Source of the DNA: Trichodelitschia bisporula | Taxonomy: Eukaryota | Reading direction: 5' to 3' | DNA: 64,000 bases | NCBI GenBank assembly: GCA_010356995.1 | Contig: ML996691.1 | Span: 750,174 to 814,173 of the forward strand | In this document: positions 61,641 to 64,000 of the stretch, in pieces | Numbering within the stretch: the stretch's first letter is position 1 | How the letters are laid out: the number at the start of each line of letters is the position of its first letter | Program-made: the position numbers and the translations under genes | Notes under the pieces: generated by a model | Database searches by the model: none | Told to the model about the DNA's origin: nothing | The model's input: the letters and a program-made list of their open reading frames with translations, nothing else

Positions 61641-63109
61641 TCAGGCGATCATGAATGCCGCCAGTCCCAGTGTCGCTACCATTAAAAATGTGGTGAGAAA
61701 CCCTGCGGCCACCTTCGAAGCTTTGGTGACCTTGTCCACCCGAGGTCCCTTCGCTTGGCCACCAGCGTTCGGATCGCCTTTACTCGTCCCGCCGCTCGTC
61801 GAAGTAACGGGTCTCGGAGCCTTGGTGATCAAGATGGATTGAATGACTGCCAACGCGCTCATCTGCTCGCCCACGCCGCTGAATCCATCCCAAATCGCCG
61901 TGTTCCAGTCGCGTCCACACGTGACCTTGTCGTCACCGCCGCTGCACTGCATAGCCGCGCCTCTGGCCGAAGACTGCAACTTCAACATGATAGGGTTGAA
62001 GGTGAAGGGGGCGAGTTGGGTCGTAGCCGCCATCCAACGCGCGAGGTAGGCCTTGAAAGACGTCTGATCCGGATTGCACGACCTGGCCCATTCACACGAA
62101 ATCTCGACCATGGCGTTGTGAGGGAGCGTCTGGCCTTGAGGGTTGACAAGTGGAAAGAAGTTCTTCAGCGAAACATCCAGCAGGCCCTGGACTCGCTTCT
62201 TCCAAAGGGGGTTCCCGTCGGTCTAGCCAGTTAGCGCATGATACGTCCAAATTAACACCATACGTACGTAGTTGTACATGTTCGCGGCGCCCATCAGCAT
62301 TGTACCGTAGTTGTACGTCCATTGGTTGTGGTTGGCATCGGTACAGTTCTTAGCTACATCCGATCCATCATTGACTTGGAACTCCGGCGTCAAATTTGGC
62401 GTTGAAGCCAACCAGTCCCAGACTTTGTCGGCCCACAAGGCGTACGTCGCATTGCCAGTGTACCGAGCAAGCCGGGCAGAGAGCTGAAAGAGCGCACCGT
62501 TGGAGATGGTGTTCTTGTAGGTCCATCCAGGGTTTGTGAACAAGATCTGCCAGCGCAGGCCTCCACCGCACGTTTGGGTATCCCAACGAGGCACCTGGGT
62601 GTTGAACACCGCCTGGGCTAGAGCAAGCCACGACGGCTTGTCGTCAGGAGGATCGGGAAACTTGAGCTCGGCGGCTGTGAGGACGGAAAAGGCCCAGAAG
62701 GACTGGTCGTCGTTGCCCTCCTCGTTGCTCCAGTTCGCTGGCATGTAGTTCCTGTCCTGACCCATCTGAAAGAGGAGCGCTTGCGTGACGATATCATTAT
62801 ACGTCGTGTCGCCAGTGTAGCTCCAGTACTCGATCAATTCGCCCCACATTGCGCCCGCCTGCCACCAGTAGTAGGGTTTGGGGAGGGCGCCCGGTATCTG
62901 ACCGGGTTCGTTGCCATGGTAGTATTTGAGCAGGCCACGTGTGATTGTCGAAGATGCTTTCTTGATCGAATCTGAGATGGCGATTAGCAAGGCAGTTCAA
63001 CTGCAGGATTGATGAGCCGCTAACCTGTGCTCGTCAAGTCGAGCTCGATGGCGGAAACGTGGCAACACACGGCTGCAAGGAAGAGGAGAACATGTTTGAA
63101 GGCCCTCAT
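61641..63109 (-). CDS. GH76 alpha-1,6-mannanase/transglycosylase of DFG5/DCW1 type, signal peptide and probable GPI anchor (2 introns)
   Basis: Signal MRAFKHVLLFLAAVCCHVSA. Motifs YYWWQAGAMW, EGNDDQSFW, CGGGLRWQI, YKNTISNG and WTYNYG. Hydrophobic C-terminus. Confidence 0.93.
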
Positions 63110-64000
63110 GGGGAGCGAGAGAGCACCTGGTCGGAGATTAATAGAGGTGGCCGCAGTGACGTATGAGTGACAGATCAAGAGGGAGGGCGCGACGCGGAGC
63201 GACTCCTCATGAATTGAACGTGATAAAATGCCTATGACTCTGGAAACGAAGGGCGACGGTCGTCACGATAGGGAAGACGCGACATGGGGTAGAGTGTGAG
63301 GGAGTGGAAATGGAAGTGGTAGACGATTTTAGGGTACCTGAGGTTGCAAATGAGTGTAGAGGGTCGATGGAGTTTTGGCAGTGCAGGCGCAAAATTTCCC
63401 GAGTCGCCGACAAAGGGAAGTCGCGAGCCACGACCTTATCAAGGCTTAAAGTTGATTGCCTAACGATTCGTGTTCAAGGGCCGGGAGGAAGAATTGAATT
63501 GTTTGTTTGGCGGGCTCCGTAGGAAGAGTGACCAATTGGGGGTGTGTGGATTAGATGAAGATAAACACCATGGCCCAGGGCATTTACCCGTGCGTCGAAG
63601 AGGTGACAATTTGGGAGTCGATGCGGCGATGACGAGGGTATCTAAGGGCCAATCCGAACAAGCGAGTTGCTTTGACCTTGTTCTTTAGACCGTTGGCTAT
63701 TTCCCTTCCTTCTGGCTGGGGGGGGCCGAGAGAATGGTGCCTTCCCAAATTGATATCAAACGGTTCGCCAAGGCAAAGTGCTATCTGAAGTGGGATGGTG
63801 AGTTGGTGATGCTATGGAGGGGGTGAGAATAACGAACCTGCCTTCCCTTTTACTCTTCAATCGGCTTCGCTCTACCTCATGTCCAACTCATTCTCCTCGC
63901 CTCTCAACGGCTTCCGACACCTTGGGACCGGGTGAGTATATAGAGTTCACCGACACTGAGCACCGGCCCGCTAAAGAACCGTTGGGAGTTACGCAGACAA

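Noticed and set aside
1..64000. Transposons, RIP-degraded repeats or a secondary-metabolite cluster
   Set aside because: I saw no transposase/RT motifs, no long AT-rich blocks or terminal repeats, and no PKS, NRPS or terpene synthase genes.

Overview
Gene-dense euchromatic segment of a filamentous ascomycete fungus (Pezizomycotina; Dothideomycete-like is an inference). It has short spliceosomal GT-AG introns with CTRAY branch sites. I can support 19 protein-coding genes: RPA190 (partial), RKR1/listerin, RAD3/XPD, a PXA-PX protein, a RING-variant protein, a TM-SH3 protein, a large secreted propeller/8xWSC protein, DPB2, a NASP/HIF1-like chaperone, SWE1/wee1, VAC7, a hotdog thioesterase, a stand-alone BRCT protein, an uncharacterised membrane protein, a NIPA Mg transporter, COG4, SRP14, SGD1 and a GH76 DFG5/DCW1 protein. 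There is also one intron-containing tRNA-Lys(CUU), several micro/minisatellites and one assembly gap. I saw no transposon, CRISPR array or secondary-metabolite cluster, and no clear-cut novel system; most genes are conserved housekeeping genes. The best leads are (i) the secreted beta-propeller + Ig-like + 8xWSC protein, (ii) unusual splicing architecture in VAC7 (a possible poison 3' splice site, an intronic hairpin and a GAG acceptor), (iii) MCB-like elements in front of several replication/repair genes, including an uncharacterised BRCT gene, and (iv) motif arrays upstream of wee1.
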